A stretch of 64,000 nucleotides of DNA from Fimbriimonadales bacterium (GTDB lineage: Bacteria > Armatimonadota > Fimbriimonadia > Fimbriimonadales > GBS-DC), in contig BPGO01000003.1 in the NCBI GenBank assembly GCA_026003075.1, forward strand, positions 51,066 to 115,065, given 5' to 3'. Positions 1 to 12,770 of this stretch are shown piece after piece. The stretch's first letter is position 1. Each line of letters starts with the position of its first letter. A program made the translations under genes and the position numbers. Under the pieces are notes generated by a model that saw only the letters and a list, made by a program, of their open reading frames with translations, made no database searches and had not been told where the DNA came from.

Positions 1-191
1 AACGCAAAGCCGATCGAAAACGCCAAACTAAGAGCGCGCGTATTGCGCTGAAAGGTCGGCGAAGGCTCGGCGCCCGGCATGCGCGGGCGCTCGAACGATA
101 CCTGCGGCGGCTCAGGCAGCTTTGGCGACGGCGGCACTTCAGGCACGCGCTCGTCCTCATCGGGCGACGGCGTCCAACGCGAATCGGTCAT
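1..191 (-). CDS. partial small membrane protein, possibly AtpZ/AtpI (ATPase gene 1) family; runs off the window edge
   Basis: Own translation from ATG at 191 (GAGG upstream): MTDSRWTPSPDEDERVPEVPPSPKLPEPP...RALSLAFSIGFA; overlaps the lysC 3' end. Confidence 0.45.
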   Translation of the reverse strand, partial: MTDSRWTPSPDEDERVPEVPPSPKLPEPPQVSFERPRMPGAEPSPTFQRNTRALSLAFSIGFA

Positions 192-1509
192 GGATTAACC
201 TCACCGCCTTTTCGACTTCACTCTCAGGAATAATACACGACAACGACAGCTCCGAGTCCGCCGTTTGCCAGATGGGGATGCCCGCTTCGGTCAGAGTTTG
301 ATGCAACTCGGCAAAAACGCCCGGCTGATGACTATAGCCGTCGGCAATCAGCGAAACCATCGTACACCCTTCCGCAATCGTAATCGGTACCGTGCGCAGT
401 CGATCGCTCAAGCCCGCTTTGTGCAACATATCGCGCTGAATCTGGCACAACTGGCTCGGCACCTCGCCAAACTGGAACAGATAGAACCAGCTCGGCTCAC
501 CCAGCGGCACGACCAGCCCGTCTAAGGTCGTACGCACTGTGTGCCAGTGTTCGCGGGGGAACGCGAAGCCCAAGCCCTCTTCGTCGACCCCCACACCCTG
601 CAAATTCACCCCCACCCGCGCCATCAGCCGATAAATCTCCAGCTCCAACTGCGCCTTGTGCTCGGGGTAGGGAATATGGAAGCTCAGGTACGCCAACTTG
701 CCAGTATGCGTCACACCCGTAATGCGTCGCGTCCCGTTCGCATGCGCCACTACGCGCGTGCCCGCCTCATCGGTGAAAGTGCATTTCACCCACAGGGGAA
801 TATCGTAGTCCATCGCAATCTCCGCAGCGCGCGGATGCAATACACGCGCCCCTTGATGCGCAATCTCCGCCACCTCCTCGTAAGTCACCTCCGGCAAGGT
901 AATCGCATCGGGGACAAAGTCCGGGTCGGCGGTCTTCACCCCATTCACATCGGTATAAATCTCTACTGCTTCCGCACGGAGCGCCGCCCCCAACGCTGCG
1001 GCGGTCGTATCGCTCCCTCCACGCCCCAGCGTCGTGATCGAACCGCGCACAAAAATCGGGTCCGGACGAGTCACCCCCTGAAACCCCGCGACTATCGGTA
1101 TCCAGCCCTGCTCCAGACAGCGCAGCACAGGCTCAGGGTTAATCTCCAGGATCCGCGCGTTGCCGAACTCATCATCGGTAATAATCCCCGCCTGATTGCC
1201 GGTGAGCGCGACGGTCGGGTAGCCCAAAGTGCGCAGCGTCTGCGCCATAATCACGGTGGAGATAACCTCGCCGCACGCCATCATCAAATCGCGCTCCCGC
1301 GGCGCAGGCGGAATCGTGGGGTCAATCTGGGTAAGCAAGTCGGCAAGCGTGTCGGTCGCATAGGGCGCCCCACGCCGACCAATCGCTGAAACCACCACCA
1401 CAGGGCGCACCCCCGACTCGATACACTGGATGACCTTCCGCGCCGCCATCAGCCGATGCTCTGGCGTGTCCACGCTCGTCCCGCCAAACTTCAAGACCCG
1501 AATGCGCAT
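157..1509 (-). CDS. lysC: aspartate kinase
   Basis: KFGGTSV, TTLGRGGSDTTA, YTDVNGV..ADP motifs; C-terminal ACT domains. Confidence 0.93.
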   Translation of the reverse strand: MRIRVLKFGGTSVDTPEHRLMAARKVIQCIESGVRPVVVVSAIGRRGAPYATDTLADLLTQIDPTIPPAPRERDLMMACGEVISTVIMAQTLRTLGYPTVALTGNQAGIITDDEFGNARILEINPEPVLRCLEQGWIPIVAGFQGVTRPDPIFVRGSITTLGRGGSDTTAAALGAALRAEAVEIYTDVNGVKTADPDFVPDAITLPEVTYEEVAEIAHQGARVLHPRAAEIAMDYDIPLWVKCTFTDEAGTRVVAHANGTRRITGVTHTGKLAYLSFHIPYPEHKAQLELEIYRLMARVGVNLQGVGVDEEGLGFAFPREHWHTVRTTLDGLVVPLGEPSWFYLFQFGEVPSQLCQIQRDMLHKAGLSDRLRTVPITIAEGCTMVSLIADGYSHQPGVFAELHQTLTEAGIPIWQTADSELSLSCIIPESEVEKAVRLIHDRFALDAVAR

Positions 1510-1577
1510 CGCGAGAAAATTGTACCTGATAACCTCCCTGCCAAATCCGCCTCTCTATACGAACCGCGGCGACGCCT

Positions 1578-2807
1578 TTATTCATACCGCAACGCCACAA
1601 TCGGGTCTAAGTTCGCCGCCCGCCACGCAGGATACAAACCAAACACCACTCCCACCAACGCCGAAAACAAAAACGCCCCTATCCCCGCCCATAACGGGAA
1701 GGAAAAAGTCAGCCCGTTCTCGCCAAAGGCGTCCGATTGCTTAGTCGCAAACTCAATCAGCTCACCAAAGCCCCAGCCCAGCCCCATGCCAATTAGCCCG
1801 CCGATTGTCGCCAGCGTCGCCGACTCGATGAGAAACTGCATCAGGATGTGCCACTTCTGCGCCCCAACCGCCTTGCGCAACCCGATCTCGCGAGTACGCT
1901 CCGTCACCGAGACCAGCATAATGTTCATAATCCCGATCCCGCCTACCAGCAACGCCAGCCCAGCAATCCCGCCCAACAGCACGCCAAACAGGGAAATCAC
2001 GCGCGTAATCGCAGAAAGGATGCTCTCCAGCGTATCCACCCGAAAATCAGGCTGGTTCTGATGCAAGCGCATCAGCGTCTCCCAAATCGCATCCATCGCC
2101 GCCGGGGTCTGCTCGCGCGTGTCCGGCATCGCCATAATCATCGTCAGGCTCTCGTCGCCTGCCCACCGGCGCAACGCCGCCTGCAGCGGAATATAGGCTC
2201 CCTCGTCCAGATTCTCCCCAAAGCCACGCCCACGCTTTTTCAACACACCAATCACCAGCGCCTGCGTGCCGTCCACCAGCACCGACTGCCCAATCGGGTC
2301 TTTGTCGCCGAACAACTTCTGCGCCGTGTCGTTGCCCAGCACCAGCAACTTCTCGCCTTGCTGAATCTCGAACGGCTCGAAGAACCGCCCCCGCTCCATC
2401 TCCAACGCCCGCGCCGTCAGGTAGTCCTCGTTCACCCCAATCAGCGGCGCACGCACCTTCTCACCTTGATAAACAAACTCCTTCTCACCCAACTGCCGCT
2501 CCGCAGCCACCGCGCGCAGGTTGGGCAGCTTGCGAATCGCCTCCAAATCGACCAGTTTCAGCCCCTCCACCGTGCCCCCGCGCTCCTCGCGCCGAATGCG
2601 CTCCGACGGGTCAAAGGTCACAAGAATCACATCCGAGCCGAGCTTCTCAAACTCCGCCACCACGCTGCTCCGCGCCCCCTCAATCAGCGCCACCATCACC
2701 ACCACCGCCATCACGCCGAAAATCACGCCCAGCATCGTCAAAAACGAGCGCAACTTGTGCGTGCGCAGCGTGTCCAAAGCCACCCAAAGCGATTCCAGCG
2801 TCCCCAC
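1578..2807 (-). CDS. MacB/FtsX-family ABC transporter permease
   Basis: RSFLTMLGVIFGV and GGIGIMNIMLVSVTERTREIGLRKAVGA motifs; start moved to GTG 2807, which follows a GGTATACT box. Confidence 0.9.
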   Translation of the reverse strand: MGTLESLWVALDTLRTHKLRSFLTMLGVIFGVMAVVVMVALIEGARSSVVAEFEKLGSDVILVTFDPSERIRREERGGTVEGLKLVDLEAIRKLPNLRAVAAERQLGEKEFVYQGEKVRAPLIGVNEDYLTARALEMERGRFFEPFEIQQGEKLLVLGNDTAQKLFGDKDPIGQSVLVDGTQALVIGVLKKRGRGFGENLDEGAYIPLQAALRRWAGDESLTMIMAMPDTREQTPAAMDAIWETLMRLHQNQPDFRVDTLESILSAITRVISLFGVLLGGIAGLALLVGGIGIMNIMLVSVTERTREIGLRKAVGAQKWHILMQFLIESATLATIGGLIGMGLGWGFGELIEFATKQSDAFGENGLTFSFPLWAGIGAFLFSALVGVVFGLYPAWRAANLDPIVALRYE

Positions 2808-2844
2808 AAGCAAAAGTATACCAGACGAACCTTGCCCTACGGTT

Positions 2845-4047
2845 TCAGGGTGAACCGTCAAGCCGACTCACTCCCACCATCGCCGCGAGCGCCAGCCCCG
2901 CCCCCATCAGAAACGCCGCAGGCGCACCGAAGGTCTGCCACAACCAGCCAAACAGCACGCTCGCAGGCAACGCCGCGACGCCCACCACAAAGTGAAACAG
3001 CCCATACGCCTGCCCACGCCGCTCGGCAGGAGCAAACTCGGCGACCAGCGCACGCTCCGCTCCCTCCGTCAGCGCATAGAACACCGCGTACAACCCAAAC
3101 AACACCACTACCTGCCACAGCGTACTCGCGAACCCAAAGCCCGTATACACCAGCGCGTAGCAAAACCACCCCCAGCGCAGCACCCAAAGCCGCCCACGCT
3201 TGTCCGCCAGCCAGCCGCCATACACGCCGAACGCGCTACGCAATAGGTTCAGCCCCATCCACAGCAGCGGCGCCATCGCCACAGGCGCACCCACATCCTG
3301 CGCGCGCATCAACAAAAACGCATCACTGGAGTTCGCCAAAGTGAACACCAACACACAGCCCAGATACCATCCGTACCGACCCTTGAGTAGCTCACGCGCC
3401 CCCGCAAGCGGATGCCGCGCCTCCGAACGCGACGGCGACGGCACACCCCGAACACCCCACCAAAACACCACCAACGACAACAACGCAGGAACTGCCGCCA
3501 ACGCAAACACCAACCGATAATTCTCTGGCGCAAATAGTAAAATCAGCATCGCCAACGCGGGGCCAATCGACGCGCCAAGATTGTCCATCGACCGATGAAA
3601 CCCGAACGCCAGCCCCCGATTCTCAGGCGTCGTGGACACCGCAATCAGCGCGTCGCGGGGTGCCGTACGCAATCCCTTGCCCACCCGATCAAAAAAGCGC
3701 AAGCCCAGTACCTGCACAGGCGTACTCACAAACGCCAACAACGGGCGCGTGCCCGCCGCCAGCGCATAGCCCCAAAACGCCAACAGCCGATGCTGTCCCA
3801 ACCTGTCCGCCAACCAACCCGAGAAGAGTTTCAACAGGCTCGCCGTCGTCTCCGCCAACCCCTCAATCAAGCCAATCAGCGCAGGCGGCGCACCCAAACT
3901 GCGCAAAAACAACGGCAGCAACGGAAACACCATCTCGCTGCTGGCGTCGTTCATCAGGCTCACCGCGCCCAATGCCACAACCGAGCGGGGAATCGCTTCT
4001 TTCCGAATTCGTGCAGGCATCCGGCGTACACGCCCAAAGTTCTGCAT
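2845..4047 (-). CDS. MFS transporter
   Basis: About 12 hydrophobic segments; GWLADRLG motif A; DRVGKGLRTAPRDALI. Confidence 0.9.
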   Translation of the reverse strand: MQNFGRVRRMPARIRKEAIPRSVVALGAVSLMNDASSEMVFPLLPLFLRSLGAPPALIGLIEGLAETTASLLKLFSGWLADRLGQHRLLAFWGYALAAGTRPLLAFVSTPVQVLGLRFFDRVGKGLRTAPRDALIAVSTTPENRGLAFGFHRSMDNLGASIGPALAMLILLFAPENYRLVFALAAVPALLSLVVFWWGVRGVPSPSRSEARHPLAGARELLKGRYGWYLGCVLVFTLANSSDAFLLMRAQDVGAPVAMAPLLWMGLNLLRSAFGVYGGWLADKRGRLWVLRWGWFCYALVYTGFGFASTLWQVVVLFGLYAVFYALTEGAERALVAEFAPAERRGQAYGLFHFVVGVAALPASVLFGWLWQTFGAPAAFLMGAGLALAAMVGVSRLDGSP

Positions 4048-4142
4048 GGGCGCCCCTACTTCCTGTCGAGAAACACATCACGGGCAGCAGAAACACGCAC
4101 GCAGAACGCTTTCAGTGCCTACAAAGAGTGGAGAAACCCCCA

Positions 4143-5309
4143 TCACAACGGTCTCCAATAAATATCGCGCGTCTCGATAATCGTGAACGGGTCGTGGCAC
4201 TGAATGGCGATGTGCCCCGACCGAAAATCGCGGTTGCGTGTGTCCACCACCTTCTGCCCGTTCACAAAAATCTGGATGTGGTCGCCTTTGGCGCGGATAC
4301 GCATCGAGAACCAATCCCCATCGCGCGTCAGCAGGCGGCTCGCCATCACGCGATTATACAGCGAACCCGTGATATAATCGCCCCTCCCCGCATGATTGAA
4401 CACCTGCGCCTCATAGCCCACAGGCCAGTTATTGCGGTTCTCAGGGTTCGGTTGGGCGCGGAAATAGATGCCGTTGTTCGGCTTCATCGGCGAGTTCTCG
4501 CGGAACGGATGAATGCGTATCATGACGCGCAACTCGAAATCCGTGAAGGTCTGCTCGGTGAACAAGTGCCCCATACCCGCCTCGCCGACAATCGCGCCCT
4601 CTTTCACGCTCCAACGCGCCATGCCCGTGGCGAACCAGCCCGAAAGGTCTTTACCGTTAAACAGTGGCTTCCAGCCCTCGTCGCACGCGCGCGGATCCAA
4701 CCGTTTGATGCGAAGGTTGCGGTATTTGACCGTCACGCCCGGGTGGTGCTGCTGCAAGCCAATTACCCCACGCTGAAACTCGTGCAGGTCGCAGTCTTGC
4801 ACCATTTCGCCGTTAATCGTGATTTGGATATGCGAGCCACAAGCACGGATTTCGAAAGCGTTCCACTGCTTTTCAGGGGCGATTTCGCGCATGCGCTCTA
4901 AGTTCGTAGGTACGCGATTGTAGATGCTCCCTGTGGGATTGCGCTCGTCCTGCAGGCTGATTTGCATCTCGTAGCCATCATTCCACGGCGTGGCGGTTCG
5001 CTGAGCGCGGAAGAACACCCCGCTGTTGCTCTCGTGCGTATCGCCTTTGTCGATCCAGTACTCGCCGCGCAGAATAAAGTTGTCAAACTCCTCAACCGTG
5101 CCAATCCAGCCTGCGCTGTCGCTCGGACCCATCAGTTCGCCGTTCTGCACGCGCCAGTTCGCGCCCGCGTACACCTTCCAGCCGTTCAGATTCCGCCCGT
5201 TGAACAGCAGGCGAAACCCTTCGCGACGCTCCTGCGCAGACAAACCCTGCGCCGAGCCAACCAGCATAGTCCCCAACAACAACGCCCACAGCCCAATTGC
5301 CCGAAACAT
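4143..5309 (-). CDS. secreted DUF1080 (3-keto-disaccharide hydrolase-like) protein with two tandem domains
   Basis: Signal peptide MFRAIGLWALLLG; repeated LFNG(R/K)xLxGW, NSGVFFR/NNGIYFR, GYExQ and GxIxxQ motifs. Confidence 0.85.
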   Translation of the reverse strand: MFRAIGLWALLLGTMLVGSAQGLSAQERREGFRLLFNGRNLNGWKVYAGANWRVQNGELMGPSDSAGWIGTVEEFDNFILRGEYWIDKGDTHESNSGVFFRAQRTATPWNDGYEMQISLQDERNPTGSIYNRVPTNLERMREIAPEKQWNAFEIRACGSHIQITINGEMVQDCDLHEFQRGVIGLQQHHPGVTVKYRNLRIKRLDPRACDEGWKPLFNGKDLSGWFATGMARWSVKEGAIVGEAGMGHLFTEQTFTDFELRVMIRIHPFRENSPMKPNNGIYFRAQPNPENRNNWPVGYEAQVFNHAGRGDYITGSLYNRVMASRLLTRDGDWFSMRIRAKGDHIQIFVNGQKVVDTRNRDFRSGHIAIQCHDPFTIIETRDIYWRPL

Positions 5310-5341
5310 GCCAATTCTGTTCGGTAGGTTGCACCGAATCC

Positions 5342-6376
5342 CTACCGCCTGCCCCGCCGTAAACGATACACATACGCCAGCACCTCGGCAACCGCCTGGT
5401 AGAGCGTGCTGGGAATCTCCTGTCCGACTTCCACCTGCGCGTAGAGGCTCCGCGCCAACGGCGGGTTCGGCACAATCGGCACATGCCACTTGAGCGCCTC
5501 CTCGCGAATGCGCTGCGCCAGCCAGCCTTTGCCCTTCGCCACCACGCGCGGCGCAGGCATCGTGGCACGATCATACCGCAACGCCACAGCGTAAGTGATA
5601 GGGTTCGTTATCACGACATCGGCACGACGCACATCCCGTATCGAACGCCGACGCGCCGCCTCCTGCATCCGCTGCCGAATGCGCGCCCGTAAGTACGGAT
5701 CACCCTCCATCTGCTTGTATTCCTCTTTAAGCTCGTAGCGCGACATGCGAATACTCTTCTCAAAATCCCAACGCTGATACAGGTAGTCCAACAGTGCCAG
5801 AATAAACCACAACACCCCCACACGCAGCCCAACCTGATAGAGCGCGTCCACCGTCGGGCTGAGCGCATGGGGCATCGGCAGCTGCGCCGCGCCGACCAGT
5901 CGCTCCGTCTCAGCTTGCAAGGTGCGCCAAGCCACCCACGCAATAAGACCAAACTTCAGAACCGCTTTCAACAACTCCACCGCCGAACGCTGCGAAAAAA
6001 GCCGCTGAAAGCCACGCACGGGATTGATGCGGTTCAGGTCAGGCTGCAACGGCTGTGCGGTAATGTAAAGCCCCACCTGCATCGCATTCGCAACCAGCGC
6101 AGTCAGAAACGCCACCGCCAGCACCGGCGCAAGAAACGCCAACGCGCTCAGCAAGAGCGCTTCGGAGAGCCGCATCGACCCCGCCTGCAAAATCTGCTGC
6201 TGAAACGCAATCAGCAAGCGCTCGCCTCCCCAGCGCATCGTGAACGGCAGCATCAGCACCAACGCCAGAAAAATCGCCGCCCCGTTAATCTCCGTCGACC
6301 GCGCGACCTGCCCTTTCTTACGCGCCTCTTGCCGCTTACGCGGCGTCGCCTGCTCCGTGCGCTCCTCGTCCGCCAT
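5342..6376 (-). CDS. flhB: flagellar export switch protein FlhB
   Basis: ERTEQATPRK...KKGQVARS; EGDP; cleavage loop reads TNPITYAVAL (NPTH variant); PRVVAKG. Confidence 0.93.
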   Translation of the reverse strand: MADEERTEQATPRKRQEARKKGQVARSTEINGAAIFLALVLMLPFTMRWGGERLLIAFQQQILQAGSMRLSEALLLSALAFLAPVLAVAFLTALVANAMQVGLYITAQPLQPDLNRINPVRGFQRLFSQRSAVELLKAVLKFGLIAWVAWRTLQAETERLVGAAQLPMPHALSPTVDALYQVGLRVGVLWFILALLDYLYQRWDFEKSIRMSRYELKEEYKQMEGDPYLRARIRQRMQEAARRRSIRDVRRADVVITNPITYAVALRYDRATMPAPRVVAKGKGWLAQRIREEALKWHVPIVPNPPLARSLYAQVEVGQEIPSTLYQAVAEVLAYVYRLRRGRR

Positions 6377-6425
6377 GCAGGAACAATTATCGGCGTTCCC
6401 AACCGAGAACGCAAGGGCGCCTCAA

Positions 6426-7058
6426 CTAAAGCCCCACCGCCTCCCGTACCATACGCCCTAACCGCAGCAACACCTCCACCCCCAAAACCATAATCAGCGC
6501 AACAATCCCCCCAATCAGCCACCCTGCCCCCAAGATGTAAACATCATGGTTCGCGAGCCCGATACCGATGAGCAACACGCCCAACGCAGGCAGTGTGTTC
6601 ATAAACGGCATCGGCGAAGAAAGCACCAGCGCAAGCCCAATCACGATAAGCGCGCTCAGGCGCAAAACCAACCCGTTTCGAGTCAATCGCCGCCCACGCG
6701 GATGCGAGACCTTCTCAACTTTGCGCAGCAGCGCCACACCGCGCGTTTGCAACAACTCCACCGTGCGCGGCGCCAACATCTTCTGTCGCCAGCGACGCGG
6801 AAACCACGGCTGCCGCAAGCCAAACAACATCTGCAACGCCACCAGCGTCATCAACGCGCCCAACACACCCGAAGTGCCCGGCGGCAGCACCGGAATAAAG
6901 GCGGGAATCGCCAACAGAATCAGCAGGAAGCCATAGCCCCGATCACCCGCACGATCCAGCACCTCGCCCAACACCACCACCCCGTCTTGATTCGCGTCCA
7001 ATGTACGCGCAAACAGTTCCGAAAGGCGCGGCTCCGAAGACTGTGTCCGACGACTCAC
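6426..7058 (-). CDS. exoD: ExoD-family exopolysaccharide synthesis membrane protein
   Basis: GDRGYGFLLILLAIPAFIP, PMPFMNTLPA pattern; probable GTG start at 7058. Confidence 0.8.
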   Translation of the reverse strand: MSRRTQSSEPRLSELFARTLDANQDGVVVLGEVLDRAGDRGYGFLLILLAIPAFIPVLPPGTSGVLGALMTLVALQMLFGLRQPWFPRRWRQKMLAPRTVELLQTRGVALLRKVEKVSHPRGRRLTRNGLVLRLSALIVIGLALVLSSPMPFMNTLPALGVLLIGIGLANHDVYILGAGWLIGGIVALIMVLGVEVLLRLGRMVREAVGL

Positions 7059-7094
7059 CAAAAGGATTATACCGTAATTCAGGTACAATTAACC

Positions 7095-7436
7095 TGCCTG
7101 CTGGCTGGGCGGCGGCGCCCAATTCGGGCGAGGAAAGTCCGGGCTCCGCAGGAGACTGTGCTGGGTAACCCCCAGGCGTCGGGGACACCCGACGACGGAG
7201 AGCGCCACAGAAACGCAAACCGCCCCACTCGGGGTAAGGGTGCAACGGTGCGGTAAGAGCGCACCAGCGTTTGCGCAAGCAATCGGCTGGGCAAGCCCCA
7301 CAGGGAGCAAGGTCATGTAGGGAGGGGATGACGCGCTCCGCCGACCCTCCGGGTAGACCGCGTGAGGCTTCGCGCAAGCGAACGCCCCAGAGAGATCGCT
7401 GCCTCAAACAGAACCCGGCTTACACGCCAGCAGGCA
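7095..7436 (+). ncRNA. rnpB: RNase P RNA (bacterial type A)
   Basis: GAGGAAAGTCCGGGCTCC (7130-), GTGCAACGGTGCGGTAAGAGCGCACC, AACAGAACCCGGCTTA (7407-7422); P1 tgcctgctggc/gccagcaggca; GGTACAAT -10 at 7082-7089. Confidence 0.97.
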
Positions 7437-7465
7437 AAAAACCGCACGCACAAAATAAAACCAAC

Positions 7466-9586
<2,121 letters not shown>

Positions 9587-10807
9587 CTACCGATCAATCT
9601 CGCCCAGCACAATATCGATACTGCCAATCAGGGCGACCATATCGGCAATCAGCCTGCCGACCGCCATCTTCTCTAACGCTTGCAGGTTCATAAAACTGGG
9701 CGCACGAGTGTGCATGCGGTACGGACGGTTCGTGCCATCGCTGACGAAGTAAAAACCGAGCTCGCCCTTGGGCGACTCCACAGGCACATACGCCTCACCC
9801 ACCGGCGGACGGAACCCCTCGGTGTGAATCTTGAACCAGTGGATGAGCGACTCCATCGAATTGTCAATCGCCTCGCGCGGCGGGGGCACAACCTTCAAGT
9901 CGCTGGTGTTGATAGGACCGCCCGGCAAGCCGTCAATCGCCTGCTGCAGAATTTTGAGGCTCTCGCGCATCTCCGCCATCCGCACCAAGTACCGATCGTA
10001 CACATCGCCCCGCGTGCCCACAGGAATATTGAAGTCAAACTGCTCATAGCCACTGTAGGGATTGGACTTACGAATATCCCACGCGAAGCCCGTAGCGCGA
10101 ATCGTCGGTCCGCTTACGCCCAGCGCAAAGCACTCCTCCGTCGTGAGGGTTCCAATCCCCATCGTACGCTCACGCCAAATCGGATTCTGGGTCAGCATCC
10201 CCTCAATATCGTCCAGCGCTTTCGGCAACTCCTTGAGCAACTGGCGCAGGCGATCTTCGAATCCGTCGGGCATGTCGCCCCGCAAGCCCCCCGGACAAAT
10301 CCAACTCGGCATCATCCGCACCCCCGACATCATCTCAAACAGATCCAGTATCTTCTCGCGCTCGCGAAAAGCATAAAAGAAAATCGTCATCGCGCCCAAG
10401 TCCATCGCATGCGTGCCAATCCACACAAGGTGGCTGGCAAGGCGCGACAACTCCGCCAAAATCACACGCAAATACTGACCGCGCGGCGGAATCTCCACCC
10501 CCAAAATCTTCTCTATCGACAGCGAAAACGCCAGATTATTATTATTCGCGGAAAGGTAATCCATGCGGTCTGTCATGGGCAGCGCTTTGTGGTAAGTGAG
10601 GTACTCGGCTTCTTTCTCCATCCCAGTATGCAGATAACCAATCACGCACTCTGCCCTCACGATGCGTTCCCCTTCCAGCTCGCATACCACACGCAATACA
10701 CCATGCGTGCTGGGGTGCTGGGGACCCATATTGATAATCATCGTGCCCTCTTCGGTGCGCTCCACATAAGTAGCAACGGCCTCCGATGGGATAAACGCTT
10801 GTCGCAT
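9587..10807 (-). CDS. nuoD: NADH-quinone oxidoreductase subunit D
   Basis: NMGPQHPSTHGVLR, GYLHTGMEK, ESPKGELG, DIVLGEIDR. Confidence 0.95.
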   Translation of the reverse strand: MRQAFIPSEAVATYVERTEEGTMIINMGPQHPSTHGVLRVVCELEGERIVRAECVIGYLHTGMEKEAEYLTYHKALPMTDRMDYLSANNNNLAFSLSIEKILGVEIPPRGQYLRVILAELSRLASHLVWIGTHAMDLGAMTIFFYAFREREKILDLFEMMSGVRMMPSWICPGGLRGDMPDGFEDRLRQLLKELPKALDDIEGMLTQNPIWRERTMGIGTLTTEECFALGVSGPTIRATGFAWDIRKSNPYSGYEQFDFNIPVGTRGDVYDRYLVRMAEMRESLKILQQAIDGLPGGPINTSDLKVVPPPREAIDNSMESLIHWFKIHTEGFRPPVGEAYVPVESPKGELGFYFVSDGTNRPYRMHTRAPSFMNLQALEKMAVGRLIADMVALIGSIDIVLGEIDR

Positions 10808-11002
10808 AGCAATAGAATTGTACCTAATGACGAAGCGGGTATCCTCTATTTCTACGCAAACGCCAGTAGTGGCAGCTTGGATGTGGTCATTTGGGATACG
10901 GCGTGTGATACAGCACCTTGCAAGCGATGATTCCGAAACATCTTAGAAACTCAGGTATCCTATTCCTATCTGTGGATCGGCATGGTATACTTCTAATGAC
11001 TA

Positions 11003-11831
11003 ACCAGTCGGTCAAATCTCAACGAAGAGAACGGAGGCAACCGATGAACTACCGAGACGATTTGAATCGCCAGCTGGCAACCGAAGGGATTGAGGTGCGC
11101 GGTGCCGTACCCACCGCCTATACACAGATTGTGACCCCCGACGCCTTACGCTTCGTGGCGGAACTTGTGCGCCAGTTTAACCCCCGACGCAAAGAGCTGC
11201 TCCACCTGCGCGAAGTGCGTCAAGCGCGCCTGAACGCGGGCGAGAACCCCGACTTCTTGCCCGAAACCGCCGCAATCCGCGCAGGCGATTGGAAAGTCGC
11301 ACCCCCACCACCAGACCTACTCGATCGACGCGTGGAAATCACGGGTCCGGTGGATCGCAAAATGATTATCAACGCACTGAACTCAGGTGCAAAAGTGTTC
11401 ATGGCGGACTTCGAAGACGCTAACTCACCCACTTGGGAGAACTGCATCCAAGGGCAGGTCAATCTCTACGACGCCGTGCGACGCACAATCGAGTTCACCA
11501 GCCCCGACGGCAAGCACTATCGCCTGAACGAGCAAACAGCGGTGCTGTGCGTGCGCCCCCGTGGGTGGCACCTGCCCGAAAAGCACCTGATAATCGACGG
11601 CGAGCCAGCACCAGGCGCACTCATGGATTTCGGGCTTTACTTCTATCATAACGCACACGAGCTGATTCGGCGCGGTACAGGTCCCTATTTCTACCTTCCC
11701 AAGCTGGAGAGCCATTTAGAAGCGCGTTTGTGGAACGATGTCTTCCTGTACGCTCAGGAGCGGCTGGGCGTTCCCCGCGGCACGATTCGCGCCACCGTAC
11801 TCATCGAAAACATCCTCGCCGCCTTCGAGTG
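11003..11831 (+). repeat. 829-bp direct repeat, copy 1 (aceB leader plus 5' coding half)
   Basis: Reads identical to 18314-19142 (offset 7311). Confidence 0.95.
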
Positions 11832-11982
11832 CAAGGTGGGCACTCCGCTCGTGATTTATCGGTTTATCACAGGTCAGGCAGTCTACACCACCTCCATCAA
11901 TGGGCATCTGGCTGGGATTAGTAGGGTTAGGCTTCGGCGAGTGTTAGAAGATGATTTCGCAAGCGAACGGAACCGCACTTAG
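11044..11982 (+). pseudogene. aceB: truncated malate synthase A copy (about 263 codons, then unrelated tail)
   Basis: Identical to the intact aceB up to ILAAFEC, then diverges into island sequence; catalytic C-terminal half missing. Confidence 0.9.
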
Positions 11983-12770
11983 CGGTACTCTTCCACCAGA
12001 TTTCGTGCGCGTTCGTCGTACAGCGGTTGGTCGCGCTCATAGGGCGTCCACCGCTGGCGCGGCACACAGATCGCCCCCACCTTCAGCCATTTTGCGGAGC
12101 TGTCGCAGAACACCCAGTTCACTCCGCGCTGGTGGCTTTGGAGCAATCCCTTCCCTGATACCGCCCCCGAACGCAGTACCAGTTCCTGCGTTAGCGTCCA
12201 GCCGCCCAAATCGGGATAGTTCACGCGCGTCTCCGTCAACAGGATCAGCCAACTCGGCTCGGGAATCTCCGCCATGTACCGCGCCCGCTGATAACGCTCC
12301 CCCAGCACGCGGATGGGGATCCCTTCGTGAAAGAACGAGCCATTATACGCATACGAGATGGGCAACTTCAGTTGCCATGCCCAGTTGCTCTCGTCTCCCG
12401 CCTCACCCCCAAAGTTTTCGATAAACTCGCTGCTCCAGCGATAACTGTTGGAGGGACACTCCAAGACCTGAACGCTCTTGAGATAGGGCAACAGGGCGCG
12501 TTTCCAGTTGTAGCTGCTGCCCTGCAACGCGCCCCATTCATGGCTCAGCGGATGCTGGGCGTCGGGAAAGCGGTTCATCGGGAAGGTTTCATCGTAGTCG
12601 CTCAGATACATTTGGATTGCCAGCCCGATTTGACGCAAGTTCGACAGGCAACGCGTTTTGCGTCCTGCCTCGCGGGCGTTGCTGAACACTGGAAACACCA
12701 GCGCGGCAATGATCGCGAGAATCGCGATGACCACCAGCAGCTCAATCAGCGTGAAGGCGCGCAGGCGCAT
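11979..12770 (-). CDS. prepilin-type N-terminal cleavage/methylation protein, DUF1559 / H-X9-DG-like
   Basis: [50 protein letters not shown]; C-terminal [12 protein letters not shown]; SD GGAGG before ATG 12770. Confidence 0.9.
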   Translation of the reverse strand: MRLRAFTLIELLVVIAILAIIAALVFPVFSNAREAGRKTRCLSNLRQIGLAIQMYLSDYDETFPMNRFPDAQHPLSHEWGALQGSSYNWKRALLPYLKSVQVLECPSNSYRWSSEFIENFGGEAGDESNWAWQLKLPISYAYNGSFFHEGIPIRVLGERYQRARYMAEIPEPSWLILLTETRVNYPDLGGWTLTQELVLRSGAVSGKGLLQSHQRGVNWVFCDSSAKWLKVGAICVPRQRWTPYERDQPLYDERARNLVEEYR

